A DNA stretch of 64,000 nucleotides from Candidatus Poribacteria bacterium (GCA_965215015.1 OZ244042.1:160001-224000); one strand, 5' to 3'; positions 1-10,403 are shown, counted from the stretch's first letter. Made by a program: numbers and translations. The notes: a model not told the origin generated them from the letters alone.

Positions 1-2
1 CC

Positions 3-281
3 CTGTTTGTCGCGGGTGTTGCCGTTACTATTGTTAGAAGGGCTGCGGAAAACGCTAACTTCACCCGTTTCTTCGCTCCAGCGCATTATCCGGTTGTTCG
101 GAATGTCACTGAAAAGCAGATAGCGACCATCCCCGAACCAAACCGGCCCCTCCGCCCATCGCGCTCCTGTCCACAACCGTTCTACTGCCGCGTTACCGAT
201 TTTGTATTTGGAGAAATATGGGGCAATTCCCTCAATGGAGGGGTCTGGATACCTGACGATATTTTGATTCCAATCTCTCAT
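3..281 (-). CDS. SMP-30/gluconolactonase family protein, N-terminal part (runs off the window)
   Basis: Manual translation from ATG at 281: MRDWNQNIVRYPDP...WAEGPVWFGDGRYLLFSDIPNNRIMRW...SNGNTRDKQG; EGPVW, FSDI and NG motifs of the SMP-30 family. Confidence 0.85.
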   Translation of the reverse strand, partial: MRDWNQNIVRYPDPSIEGIAPYFSKYKIGNAAVERLWTGARWAEGPVWFGDGRYLLFSDIPNNRIMRWSEETGEVSVFRSPSNNSNGNTRDKQ

Positions 282-413
282 AGGTCCTGTTTTCCTCTGT
301 TAAACTTAATCTGTGTTAGTTGTCTACGATTTCACTACACCAATAGCTTTCCAAAACACAATTCTAAACCAAACTCCCATATAAAATCAAGGATTTCTAC
401 AGAGTAAACAACC

Positions 414-1499
414 TTATTGCTTGGCGGCGAGAATCAATGACTCGGCAACTTTTATGAGTTCATCTTGATGGAGCTCACCCATCACCGTAAAATTCACATC
501 CGAAATAGACCACTGTAGAATATGTGTTGGGCCGCGCTTTTCGTGCCGAGCTTCTATTCCCTGTATCTGTAAGTGTTCCACACCCTTCGTTTTACTATTC
601 CGGTTATTTCCCTGTTTACTTTTCGACTCGAACACCGTAAACGTCAGCATACCGTCCGTGTATCGCAGATAAACTGTGTCCGAACGATGTTTGAAATATC
701 GAGTCTCTAGGAGCTGAAAACCGGACGGAAAATAAGTCGGTTCGATAAGTTTACCCCCCAGGACCGTCTTTGCCTCGTCAAGCGTGATTGACTGACTTCG
801 GCGACGCCTTTTTTCAATCGGAAATTTTTCGTCACGGCGCCATTCGGCTAATTTCTGCTGTATTGCCTCCGCCTCGAAGCTAATCTGTATGTAGACAGAC
901 ATAAAACGGAGGTTCCCGTCTGAGTCAAAGTCTTCAATTCGCAAGATAACCCCCGTATCGTGTGCCAGGTAAAGGCGTTTTGTCGGCCGTGCCTCAAATC
1001 GTGGAGAAACCGTTACCAAATCGGTTTTCTGCCCAGCGATCGGATCCGCGGGAGTAGAATCAAATGTATAGTTTTGCGAGAGCAGCTCAACTTCTTTTTG
1101 AGAGAGGGTTCCCATCCGTTTTCGATCCAACCAAAACCTTCTTCGATCCCGGCGCCTTTCGTCTCGTTTGCCATCCCGCCAATTTCGATCGTTGTCTTTG
1201 CGGGGTTCTTGACCGTCAAGTTTTAAGGAGCGGCCATCTTCCAAGACTGACAATACTGTGACGGCATGAATCTCTGGAGGTTGATGGAGGACAGCTTCCT
1301 CACGAGCGGTTGTCCCACGGGGCGTATTCATAACAATCATGCGAGTGCCAACGTAGGCAACATTCTCTTCTGCGTTCATTATGCGCTTGAGGACCTGTAG
1401 TGACTCAGGTGATGCCTCTGCAATCGCGTTCGTTGTCAAAATCAGCAGCATAAACACGATTGATAATAACCATCCTACGGCTCTTGGCTTCAAAATCAT
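414..1499 (-). CDS. MucB/RseB-like periplasmic sigma-E regulatory protein
   Basis: Signal peptide, LolA-like N-terminal region (YVGTRM, IAGQKTDLV, DTGVILR), C-terminal P.YFPSGF and YTDGMLTFTVFE; lies directly downstream of an anti-sigma factor. Confidence 0.7.
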   Translation of the reverse strand: MILKPRAVGWLLSIVFMLLILTTNAIAEASPESLQVLKRIMNAEENVAYVGTRMIVMNTPRGTTAREEAVLHQPPEIHAVTVLSVLEDGRSLKLDGQEPRKDNDRNWRDGKRDERRRDRRRFWLDRKRMGTLSQKEVELLSQNYTFDSTPADPIAGQKTDLVTVSPRFEARPTKRLYLAHDTGVILRIEDFDSDGNLRFMSVYIQISFEAEAIQQKLAEWRRDEKFPIEKRRRRSQSITLDEAKTVLGGKLIEPTYFPSGFQLLETRYFKHRSDTVYLRYTDGMLTFTVFESKSKQGNNRNSKTKGVEHLQIQGIEARHEKRGPTHILQWSISDVNFTVMGELHQDELIKVAESLILAAKQ

Positions 1500-1504
1500 A
1501 ACTG

Positions 1505-2044
1505 TTAATCTCCTAAATGAACTTCCAGAAGAAGGTCTGTGTTATCTTCAACCGTGCGATCCGGTATATTGGTGTCTACGCCAAATGAATCCACAACAGC
1601 GTACGAGTACAGTGGATTGTATGCAGTGTCCTCAGTATGAACTGTCAGGTAAAAATCGAGCGGATCGGAGGTATATGTGTCTTCGGAGCCCGGCATCATC
1701 AGATTGAAATAGACAAGTGCCAAAACCAAGCCAATCGTCACCAATGCCCCAAGGCCGCTGACTGCGGGGCGGCCTCCCCAATCCCAGAGTTCGCTAAAGC
1801 TGGGGAAAAGCCTCCGTCGAACGGGCCCTCGGTCTGCCAATTGTGGCAGGACTGTATCCGCAATTGGGGGAGCTTCGTGCGCTAACGCACCAATCCACTG
1901 ACGATTTCGTTGAAAATCAGCAAGTATCTCCGTGCACTCATGACAGTTGCTCAGATGTGTTTCAACGATTGTGCGTTGTCCCGGGCTTAACTCATTGTCA
2001 AAATATGCAGACAGCTGGTTTTGAATGCAATCATGATTCTTCAT
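1505..2044 (-). CDS. Zinc-finger (zf-HC2) transmembrane anti-sigma factor
   Basis: LSAYFDNEL...HLSNCHEC (HxxxCxxC) motif followed by one TM helix; start set at MKNHDC (2044) rather than 2128. Confidence 0.8.
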   Translation of the reverse strand: MKNHDCIQNQLSAYFDNELSPGQRTIVETHLSNCHECTEILADFQRNRQWIGALAHEAPPIADTVLPQLADRGPVRRRLFPSFSELWDWGGRPAVSGLGALVTIGLVLALVYFNLMMPGSEDTYTSDPLDFYLTVHTEDTAYNPLYSYAVVDSFGVDTNIPDRTVEDNTDLLLEVHLGD

Positions 2045-2078
2045 TGTAATACCCTTATCAAGAAACCTTTCTGATGTC

Positions 2079-2978
2079 TCAGTTCCGATGGTCTTCCAGT
2101 TTGATGATTTCTCCATTTTCTTGGGCAATGTACATAAACCCCATTTTGTCGATTACAATCCCTTCCTGGTCATGCCCCGGTATCAGGTATTGACGGCGTA
2201 CGTGCCCATCCAGCGTCACCTCCTGCAACAGGTTGGTGGTATCGCTCATTACAAGCAAACACTGACGCTCTTGATCGTAGGCAAGCCCGGAGATGTCAAT
2301 GATTGAGAGTGCAAAAAAGCGAGAAATCTGTCCTTCTACTGGCTTTGCCCCGATTTTATCAGTACCCGAAGTCGCTTTTGATGAAACAAGTGGCACAACG
2401 ACTTCACAAATAACTGAGGGCTCTTTCCCCGGCTTGAGGCTGAAAGATTGATTTCCGACCCAGAATATCCCGCCTTCGGGATGGAAAGCATTCGGAATAA
2501 ACGTGATTGCTTCCAATCCCATGCCTCCCTTTTTCAGTAGTTCACGTCCCTCAAAATTTCGGTTGACTCCGAACTTCCGAGTGATACGGAAAGTTTGCGG
2601 AGCAATCTCAAGGATTGCCTCATCACCTTCGACTACGGCGTATAGGAACCCTGTCTCCGGATGGACCGTAATTCCTTCGATGTCGGTGTGTTTTAAATAC
2701 CCCGTTCTTACCAATCCCCCATCGGTCCGTATTTCATAGATATCTCCCTCATCGCCGACAACAAACACAGTTTGGCGTTGTGGGTGATAGGCAGCCCCCG
2801 ATAGCTCACGCATCGGAATTGGGGCAATATTACCGATTGACTCGTGTGGCAGCTGAATCGGTGCCAATCCAGTTAATGGGTTCTGTTTATGTGCAAACCG
2901 CTGGGTCTGGCGCAGCAAGAATATCAGCAGCATGCTGACGAAGACAACCAGAATTAGTATAAAGATCTTCTTGCTCAT
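2079..2978 (-). CDS. SdiA-regulated/YjiK-like beta-propeller protein with N-terminal membrane anchor
   Basis: ELSGAAY, DIEGITV, GLEAITF, DISGLAY and QEGIVID repeats; real start MSKKIFIL (2978); the longer ORF to 3149 reads through a repeat insertion. Confidence 0.7.
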   Translation of the reverse strand: MSKKIFILILVVFVSMLLIFLLRQTQRFAHKQNPLTGLAPIQLPHESIGNIAPIPMRELSGAAYHPQRQTVFVVGDEGDIYEIRTDGGLVRTGYLKHTDIEGITVHPETGFLYAVVEGDEAILEIAPQTFRITRKFGVNRNFEGRELLKKGGMGLEAITFIPNAFHPEGGIFWVGNQSFSLKPGKEPSVICEVVVPLVSSKATSGTDKIGAKPVEGQISRFFALSIIDISGLAYDQERQCLLVMSDTTNLLQEVTLDGHVRRQYLIPGHDQEGIVIDKMGFMYIAQENGEIIKLEDHRN

Positions 2979-3004
2979 CTCTGACGCGCCTTTATCAACT
3001 TTTG

Positions 3005-3100
3005 CCAAAAGGTTTACTGTTGTTCCAGCTTCACCGTTCGTAGTAGCGCAATTCATTGCGCGTCTAAAAACCAAACGGTTTACTGTTGTTCCAGCTTCAC
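3005..3100. repeat. GTAG-hairpin (REP-like) 36-bp insert flanked by a 30-bp direct duplication
   Basis: ccaaaaggtttactgttgttccagcttcac (3005-3034) and ccaaacggtttactgttgttccagcttcac (3071-3100) surround GTAGTAGCGCAATTCATTGCGCGT. Confidence 0.9.
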
Positions 3101-3736
3101 ACCGGTAATGTTTTCTAGTGCAGAAAGCTCTTGAACAAAACTGGTCCAACGGTCCGAATCTTTCAGTTTTACATGAAATTTCAGTTCGGCAGTTCCCGAT
3201 TTTGTTGTTCTCTGACCGATGAGTTGACTTGCTGTCAACTGCTCATTAAAAATTGATTCGTGATTCTGCCGATCCTCGGACGCAAGCGGCACCTGGAAGG
3301 TCAGTAGAAATTCTCTATCATTGGATGCAGCCGTATGCCAACGGTGGAGTCCAATAATAACGACGCTTATAAGGAACGTCGCAATTACAGCCACAGGCGG
3401 ATTGCCAGCACCGATTGCCATACCAACAGCCAACGAGAAAAAGACAAAGGCGATGTCTCGCGCATCCTGAACCACGGTGCGAAAGCGGATGATTGACAGG
3501 GCACCCACGAGGCTGAAGGCACGGGCAACACTATCACCAATCACCACCATGACGACAGCAATAAGCATACAAAGAATAATTAGTGCATCGGTCATCGAGT
3601 CTTCCGCTATATTGGCAGTCCACCGATAAACAGTGGCAATGACCAGACCCAGTGCAAATGCGAGTAACAGGTTGAAAACAATTATCCCTAGCGTTGCAAG
3701 GGAGTATGGCGCAAAAATTTCCCGGATTATGTCCAT
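3080..3736 (-). CDS. DUF4956 family membrane protein
   Basis: Signature IGDSVARAFSLVGALSIIRFRT..D.RDIAFVFFSLAVGMAIG. Confidence 0.85.
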   Translation of the reverse strand: MDIIREIFAPYSLATLGIIVFNLLLAFALGLVIATVYRWTANIAEDSMTDALIILCMLIAVVMVVIGDSVARAFSLVGALSIIRFRTVVQDARDIAFVFFSLAVGMAIGAGNPPVAVIATFLISVVIIGLHRWHTAASNDREFLLTFQVPLASEDRQNHESIFNEQLTASQLIGQRTTKSGTAELKFHVKLKDSDRWTSFVQELSALENITGVKLEQQ

Positions 3737-3931
3737 TGGTCGACTGGTTTCCTAACGAATTTCCCTATCTTCTATTCGAGCCGTTTGCGCCCGTTAGATA
3801 GTCCTTTGAGCGTACCGGATTTGATTTATTAGGCAGATAGACTTCACATTAGTTCAAAAAAAATGGGAGAAACCCAAAAAATCTCGGTAAATCTCTATTC
3901 ACACCTATTAGCTGCATTGAATTGCACAAAA

Positions 3932-6900
3932 CTAACGCATTGATAGCTTTGTGTCACCAATCTTCCGGCGCAGTACGACACCCCATTGTCCAACGATCCA
4001 GAGCGTATTCCCTTCTTTCGCACGGACTATCCGGTACAAGTCATTCCCGATATCGGTATGTTCTTGTTCCCATGTGTCTCCACCATCGGCTGAGTAGAGA
4101 ATTGTGCCTTTGCTGCCGACAGCGTAAATTTCGTCCTTAGACAGCGCGGTGACACTGTAGAGGTCCGTCGTGATGCCACTGGATAGCGGTTCCCACTTAA
4201 ATCCGCCGCCGGTGGTTCGGAGAATGATACCGTAACGGCCCACCGCCCAACCTTTACGCTTGGTGATGAATGAGACATCATATAGGTCGTAGCCCGTATC
4301 TGTTTCATGAAATTTCCAGTAACCCCCGCCATTGATGGTGCGTTGAACGATACCGTCATCGCCCACCGCCCAGCCAAGCGGTGCATACTTCATATCGATT
4401 CCGTGAAGATCTGTGCCGGTGGAGGTCCGTTGCGGTGTCCAGATGGGACCGCCATCCTGATTGTGGATAATCTGCCCATCCCCGCCAGCTGCCCAGCCTT
4501 CAGAGAACTGTCTAAAAGCGACATCGTTGATTGTGAAAGGTCTCGGCGGGTCATCTTCGAGGAAGCCAGGACGCATGGGGGTCTGTCCGGCCGACCAATT
4601 TGAACCATCAGTTGTGTAGAGGACTGTGCCGTCACGTTGCATTGCCCAACCCCATTTCGGGTCGAGACTGGGGAAGTGGACACCAATCAATCGCTGACGT
4701 GCTCCACTTTTCAGCGTAGTCCATGTAGCCCCACCATCCTGCGTCTCCAGCAACAAGCCATTATCGCCGGCGATCCAGCCCTGTTGGTCATCGAGAAACA
4801 GCACATCTCGGAAATCATCTAGTTGTTCACCGAGTTGCCGTTCCCATGTCTTTCCACCGTCTGCGGTGTGAAAGATATGCCCTGCGTCCCCAGCCGCCCA
4901 CGCAATCTGGTCGTTGACGAAATAGATGTTGTTAATTAAACGATTCCCCCGTGCTCTGCCACGTCGCAGTCGCTCTTGTTGGGCAGCCCGCTGCTGTCCC
5001 TGTGCCCTGTTAGAAGGTTGAACGTTTTCGCCACCGAGATCGCCTTCTGGTGTGAAACGTCCGGCGCGTTGACGTCTATCGCTCATCCGCGTTTGGAACT
5101 GTTCTGCAAAGTCCTCATCCCATTCTGGGGTGTCGGTGTCCCTGAATTGATCAGCGGCACCATTGTCCGATTCTCCTCCCTCATTGATCCAGAGCGCGAA
5201 CCAATCGATATCCTCTCCGTCTGCGTCTGCAATCCCAGAGTTGACTGAACTTTCATGCTGTGGAACGTTCGTCCCTTCCCACGTTTGACCACCATTGCGT
5301 GTGATGAAGAGGGTGCCATCCCTTCCGAGAGCCCACGCTTCTTTGTGATTTTGGAAGGTTATCCGACCAATTCGTTGAGGGGGCCATCCGCTATCCGAAT
5401 CGGACAGAACGCGTTTCCAAGTTGTGCCTCCATCATCGGTTACGATTGATACACCATTCGTCAACACGACCCATCCTGATTTTGAGTCAGCAAAATGAAC
5501 GGCGATGGCAGGTTGGTTAGTGTTGTCGAGAACTTTCCAGTAGTTCCCCCCATCAGTGGTATGCAGAATGACTCCGCCTTCCCTCATCCCGCCGTTGAGG
5601 CGTTCCCGCAGGACCGCCCAGCCTTCGAGGCTATTGATGAAATGGAGATCGACAATCGGCTGCTCATTCATTCCGGTTTGCTGTCGTTTCCACGTCAACC
5701 CCCCATCGGTGGTGTGGAGCATCTCTGCAGCACCGACCCCTAGCCACCCCTCTTTGGGGTTAATAAACTGCATTGTGTTGACACGCCGGAAATTTTGTAG
5801 AACACCTCTCACTACCTGCCATGTGTTCCCACCATCTTCGGTGCGGAGCAGCATACGACTGCCTGTAATCCAGCCATGCGATTTATCGACGAACATGACC
5901 TGATGCAGATTCGCTTCGACACTGCTATGTTGCGGCAGCCATGTTTCTCCGCCATCGATTGTGTGTGCGATAACACCGCCTCTCCCGACCGTCCAACCGG
6001 TCCGCTTATCAAGGAAGTAGGTATCTGAAAAATCGGTCTGCCATGTGGCGCGCCGGATAATATCCCAATGGTAGGTTACCTCCTCCACTGTTACCTCTTC
6101 TTCAGGGGGTTCCTCTACAATCTTTGCGATAGGGGGCAAGGTTACAGGGAGTTGCTCTGGGTCAATCGAATATCGCATCGCTATCCCGCCGCGCCCCACT
6201 ACCACCATCCCTTCCGGTGAGAGCGAGAATCCCAAGAGATCGTTCTCCGTACCGCTCTCCTGTTTCTCCCATTTTGCGCCACCGTTGGTCGTGGTCAGAA
6301 TCACACCCTTGTCGCCGACGATGATGCCGTGCGAAGTATCCGCGAGGTATACCTTGTTCAGATTCTCCTCAACACCGCTTGGTTGAAACCTCCATGTTTG
6401 ACCCCCATCTTTTGTATGCAGAATCTCACCGAACTGACCGACAATCCAACCGTTGCTACTGTCCGTAAAGTGAACCGCGTACAGTTCGTTGAAGGTTCCA
6501 GAGGTCTGGGACGTCCATGATAACCCACCGTTCGTCGTGTGATAGACAACCCCGGGCCAACCGACCACCCAACCCTCTTTCTCGTTCAGGAAGAAGGCAC
6601 CTTTGAGCGAGTTAAATTCGGTTGGCGTCTGGGGCACCCACGATGCGCCACCATCAGCGGTATGCACGACTGTGCCGAGTTCACCGACTGCCCAACCCTT
6701 CTTCCGCGTCACAAAGTAAACACCGTTAAGCATGTGATCCGCACCGGCGTATTGACGATCCCATGTCCGGCCACCATCGGTGGTGTGGGCAATCATGTTG
6801 CGCTCGCCAATCAACCAACCCTCTTTGTCAGAAATAAAGAAAACGTTGCGGATATTATCCCAGATATCAGTATCAACCTCCTCCCACGTCTCCCCACCGT

Positions 6901-7996
6901 CTTCCGATACCACAATGGCACCGCGTTGTCCGACAGCGATTGCACGGTTCTCCGAGGTGAACTGGATGTTTTCTAGATCGTTTGCTGTGGTGCCGCTCCT
7001 CATCGTCCACGTATTCCCGCCATCTGTCGAGTGCATAATTGTGCCGTGCCAACCGACCGCCCACGCTGCAGTCTGACCCGTGAACTGAACAGCCATCAGG
7101 TTGTTTTCTGTGATACTCTCTAATAGACGCCAGTTATCACCACCATCTTCGGTGAACGTGATAAATCCGATGTCAGCGACTGCCAGACCCCGTTTGTTAT
7201 CGGCGAAGTGGATGCCGTTGAGGGTTTCCTTGACGTGACCGTTGATATTCGGGATACGACTATCTTGCATATCCCACTGTGCACCCCCGTTCTGTGTACG
7301 GAAAATGGAACCGTCCGTGCCCGCCATCCAGCCTTCATTCTCATTCACAAAAACAACGCGCCGGTTGTCGTTCACCAATCGGGTTCGTGCAAATTGGTGT
7401 CGGGTGGTCTGCTCTCGCCATGTCTTCCCGCCATCGTTCGTGCGAAGGATACGCTCATATTCGCCGACGACCCAGCCTCGCTGATCATCGACAAACCAGA
7501 CGCCGTTGAGGGAAAAGTCACTCACATAACTCTGGCGTTCCCACGTCTTTCCGCCGTTCTTTGTGGCAATTACATAGTTATCTTCCCCTACAACCCACCC
7601 CTCGTCAGAGTTAGCGAAGACAACATCTCTGAGCATACCGGACGCGTTGCTGTCCTGGAGATACCAGTATCTGCCCCCATCATCGGTCGCGGCGATGACA
7701 CCGTTGTCACCCACAACCCAACCGTATTTTAGATTCGTAAAATAGACAGCTTTGAGATCCTCTGTCGTGCCGACTTCTTGGCGGTTCCATGTTTTTCCAC
7801 CATTGTTGGTATGGATGATAAACCCTTTTTCCCCAACAATCCAGCCGTATGTGGGGTTGACGAAGTGGAGGTCTGTGAAATGGGTTTCCCAATCGGCTTT
7901 GCGAGTGACCTCCTGTCTACATCCGATCAGTAGCATAGCTAATGCCAAAGTGATTGTTACGCATTGATAGATGCGTTGAAAAATCCGTTTCATCAA
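3932..7996 (-). CDS. Large YCF48/BNR-repeat multi-beta-propeller lipoprotein
   Basis: Lipobox-like LLIGC; many repeats of GW.VG..G.I..T.DGG.TW. Confidence 0.85.
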   Translation of the reverse strand: MMKRIFQRIYQCVTITLALAMLLIGCRQEVTRKADWETHFTDLHFVNPTYGWIVGEKGFIIHTNNGGKTWNRQEVGTTEDLKAVYFTNLKYGWVVGDNGVIAATDDGGRYWYLQDSNASGMLRDVVFANSDEGWVVGEDNYVIATKNGGKTWERQSYVSDFSLNGVWFVDDQRGWVVGEYERILRTNDGGKTWREQTTRHQFARTRLVNDNRRVVFVNENEGWMAGTDGSIFRTQNGGAQWDMQDSRIPNINGHVKETLNGIHFADNKRGLAVADIGFITFTEDGGDNWRLLESITENNLMAVQFTGQTAAWAVGWHGTIMHSTDGGNTWTMRSGTTANDLENIQFTSENRAIAVGQRGAIVVSEDGGETWEEVDTDIWDNIRNVFFISDKEGWLIGERNMIAHTTDGGRTWDRQYAGADHMLNGVYFVTRKKGWAVGELGTVVHTADGGASWVPQTPTEFNSLKGAFFLNEKEGWVVGWPGVVYHTTNGGLSWTSQTSGTFNELYAVHFTDSSNGWIVGQFGEILHTKDGGQTWRFQPSGVEENLNKVYLADTSHGIIVGDKGVILTTTNGGAKWEKQESGTENDLLGFSLSPEGMVVVGRGGIAMRYSIDPEQLPVTLPPIAKIVEEPPEEEVTVEEVTYHWDIIRRATWQTDFSDTYFLDKRTGWTVGRGGVIAHTIDGGETWLPQHSSVEANLHQVMFVDKSHGWITGSRMLLRTEDGGNTWQVVRGVLQNFRRVNTMQFINPKEGWLGVGAAEMLHTTDGGLTWKRQQTGMNEQPIVDLHFINSLEGWAVLRERLNGGMREGGVILHTTDGGNYWKVLDNTNQPAIAVHFADSKSGWVVLTNGVSIVTDDGGTTWKRVLSDSDSGWPPQRIGRITFQNHKEAWALGRDGTLFITRNGGQTWEGTNVPQHESSVNSGIADADGEDIDWFALWINEGGESDNGAADQFRDTDTPEWDEDFAEQFQTRMSDRRQRAGRFTPEGDLGGENVQPSNRAQGQQRAAQQERLRRGRARGNRLINNIYFVNDQIAWAAGDAGHIFHTADGGKTWERQLGEQLDDFRDVLFLDDQQGWIAGDNGLLLETQDGGATWTTLKSGARQRLIGVHFPSLDPKWGWAMQRDGTVLYTTDGSNWSAGQTPMRPGFLEDDPPRPFTINDVAFRQFSEGWAAGGDGQIIHNQDGGPIWTPQRTSTGTDLHGIDMKYAPLGWAVGDDGIVQRTINGGGYWKFHETDTGYDLYDVSFITKRKGWAVGRYGIILRTTGGGFKWEPLSSGITTDLYSVTALSKDEIYAVGSKGTILYSADGGDTWEQEHTDIGNDLYRIVRAKEGNTLWIVGQWGVVLRRKIGDTKLSMR

Positions 7997-8047
7997 TGTT
8001 CTCCTGATGCGTATTTTGAAGAGGTTATACCGCTTTTAAGGTTAGAC

Positions 8048-8500
8048 TCACTCTGCTGACGCTCCCAAGATTTGATACAATTCAAACTGAGGTGCGCCCG
8101 CCTGTGCCTTCATCCCTTCACCATATTCCCTCAAGGCGGCGGGTGTTGCTGTTATGAGTTTGGCAAAGACCTTCTCATCCGTCAGCTCCGCCATCATCAC
8201 GAAGTCAGGTTGACTGGTGTTTGCCGGTGCCCCTTGTCCCGGGAGTTGCATCCGCTTGAGCGCAGTAATCTTCAACCCCTCAATCCCTTTTGCCGCTGAT
8301 AACAACTTCTCCTTCAGAAGTTGTTCAGCGACCTCCGCATCTCCGGTGGGGGTCAGGTGCAATTTGGCGAAAACTAAGATGGTATATTGGCGCGTATCTT
8401 CCTGTTGTGCTTTAGCTATCAATGATATACCTATTCCCAACATACAAATGAGAATAAGCCCAATACATGCGTTTTTGAAATTGATTCGGTTTATCATCAT
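8048..8500 (-). CDS. Secreted hypothetical protein (possible dimeric alpha/beta-barrel fold)
   Basis: Signal peptide ending AKA-QQ; 150-aa ORF with RBS-like GAGG. Confidence 0.6.
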   Translation of the reverse strand: MMINRINFKNACIGLILICMLGIGISLIAKAQQEDTRQYTILVFAKLHLTPTGDAEVAEQLLKEKLLSAAKGIEGLKITALKRMQLPGQGAPANTSQPDFVMMAELTDEKVFAKLITATPAALREYGEGMKAQAGAPQFELYQILGASAE

Positions 8501-8730
8501 TCACCTCATAGCAAGTGGGTTTTGAATCGGGGATTAGTATTCTGCTGATTGTGATTCTGTGGATCAATAACTCCCCTATTTATGTTTAGGAAGGTAAATT
8601 CAGTTTTTGTTCGCAAAAAAATGGACTGAGATGAAAAATCTCAGGCCGCTCACGAGATGTCGCATTTTACCACCATTCTGGAACCTAAGTTGTTTCAATT
8701 TTTCCGACTCAAAGCAGACCAAAATGAGGC

Positions 8731-8767
8731 AAAAAAAAAAGCAGCCAAGCAAATGGCTTGGCTGCTC
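8731..8767 (-). terminator. Rho-independent terminator of the DUF4159 gene
   Basis: GCAGCCAAGC-aaatg-GCTTGGCTGC hairpin with an A10 run on + (U-tract on -). Confidence 0.85.
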
Positions 8768-8807
8768 GATGTGACATAATATGAGGGTCTGTCCAAATCA
8801 GTAGACT

Positions 8808-10286
8808 CTATTCAACGGCACCGATTTTTGTCGCTTCGGGAGCACGGGTCGGCAGTTTCTTCTTCGCCATTGTATCTTCTGGCACATAACCGGAGTAGTC
8901 AGAAATCGAGCCGTGCGTCAGTGCGTAAACCGCAACATTGGTCATGAAACGATAAACGCCCGGTGAATAATGGACACTACGGGTTGGCAAACTCACTGAC
9001 TCCATCGCACACATATAATCACGACGGAATACTAACACCGAAATATGGTCACCAACCAAAACCCCTTCGAGATAGTTCCGCTTCGGCGGGTGCGTTCCCC
9101 ACCACCACAGATCGAACCCGACTGGCGGGCCGCCCATCTCATAGAAGTTGCTATATATCTCATGGTCATTAGGAATTCGTGTTACCTGATATTCAGGCAT
9201 AACAAAACGCATCTGAGCCAGGAACAGACGAATCATCGCCTGCGCCGGCGCGTTCACCCCACAGTCATCAAAAGCAAGGACGCCGCCCTTTTCGACCAAA
9301 TACCGACGCAACGCTGCCGCTTCGGTTTCAGACAAGCGATTGTCCAATTTACCACCGCCATACTGACGACTCATCAGGTTCTTGGAACGGGTAAGGGCAG
9401 GATCATGACCCGTCATGAAAAGCATAGGAGCTTTATGTAGGTTCGCATCGGTGAACTTGAGCGCCCCACCTTCAACGTTCATGTCTGTTTTAATCTTCGT
9501 CCGTTCATTCATCCACTTTGTCCACGCATTCAGCGAGGAAGCATCAGCCCACCAGTCAGAGAGACTGTGACGGACACGAGTAAACCGGAACACACCGCGA
9601 ATATCGGCACCACGACCGATGACACGACCCCCCGGTTCACCGCGGGGCAGCGGTGGCACTTCTACGTTACCCAAAGTTATGTTTTCGACAACATCACCCA
9701 AGGCGTCACGGGTTGCACCAACATGTTCAACCATAGCAAGCCCAGCCGGACGCTCAAAAGCGACCTTCACCTGCACAATACCGCCAATCCCACGACCAAT
9801 GTTGGCGGGCGCAGCACTTGGGGCGGTTGCCACCGGAGCACTAAACGCCAACGCACCCGGTGCGTCAGAGACGGGCAAGTCGGCATGCGTCACAACTTGC
9901 GGCACTGGAGTGTTGGGACTGACCACTTTAGGTACATTGGGATTGATGGGTGCATCTAGCTTGACCACCTTATTGGAAAATTCCAAAACGGTTTGGGGCT
10001 GCACCGAGGTAGGACGCACGACCGCTGCTGTCGTGACCCTCGGTTGAACTTGAACTTGCTCAACAACCACTGTGTTTGTGGTTGGAACGGTTGGCTTGAC
10101 AATCGGCTTAATCACCGGTTTACGAACTTGTGGTTTCGGGGGTTCTTTTGCCTGCAGGATGTCCGTTCCCACTAAATCTTTGAACTGCTGGGTTTGGGTC
10201 ACGAGATAAACACCTGCGATAAAGAAGGCGACTCCGTGAACAATCACCGATGTCATCAAAGCCCCTGAGGTTTTCTTGGCACTCAT
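8808..10286 (-). CDS. DUF4159 domain protein with membrane anchor and Pro/Val-rich linker
   Basis: N-terminal SVIVHG anchor; C-terminal PMLFMTGH, LRRYLVEKGG.LAFDDC, IP.DHEIY, and NVAVYALTH; start MSAKK with GGAGG RBS. Confidence 0.8.
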   Translation of the reverse strand: MSAKKTSGALMTSVIVHGVAFFIAGVYLVTQTQQFKDLVGTDILQAKEPPKPQVRKPVIKPIVKPTVPTTNTVVVEQVQVQPRVTTAAVVRPTSVQPQTVLEFSNKVVKLDAPINPNVPKVVSPNTPVPQVVTHADLPVSDAPGALAFSAPVATAPSAAPANIGRGIGGIVQVKVAFERPAGLAMVEHVGATRDALGDVVENITLGNVEVPPLPRGEPGGRVIGRGADIRGVFRFTRVRHSLSDWWADASSLNAWTKWMNERTKIKTDMNVEGGALKFTDANLHKAPMLFMTGHDPALTRSKNLMSRQYGGGKLDNRLSETEAAALRRYLVEKGGVLAFDDCGVNAPAQAMIRLFLAQMRFVMPEYQVTRIPNDHEIYSNFYEMGGPPVGFDLWWWGTHPPKRNYLEGVLVGDHISVLVFRRDYMCAMESVSLPTRSVHYSPGVYRFMTNVAVYALTHGSISDYSGYVPEDTMAKKKLPTRAPEATKIGAVE

Positions 10287-10387
10287 GTTTTTCCTCCAAA
10301 AATTATTGTTGTTTGTGTATAAAGATTTAAACAAACTCTCACATCATGCGTAATGCAAAAGTTTGTTGTGATACGTCGTGCAATAGC

Positions 10388-10403
10388 AGCAATTACTGTG
10401 CCA
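10388..10403 (-). promoter_or_regulatory. Sigma54 (-24/-12) promoter for the DUF4159 gene
   Basis: Minus strand reads TGGCACAGTAATTGCT, with GG and GC separated by 10 nt, about 100 bp upstream of the start codon. Confidence 0.8.

Noticed and set aside
2979-3149. N-terminal extension of the SdiA-like ORF with a duplicated EAGTTVN
   Set aside because: Artefact of the 66-bp duplication being a multiple of three; it overlaps the DUF4956 gene. The same applies to the extensions at 25977, 31030 and 52976.
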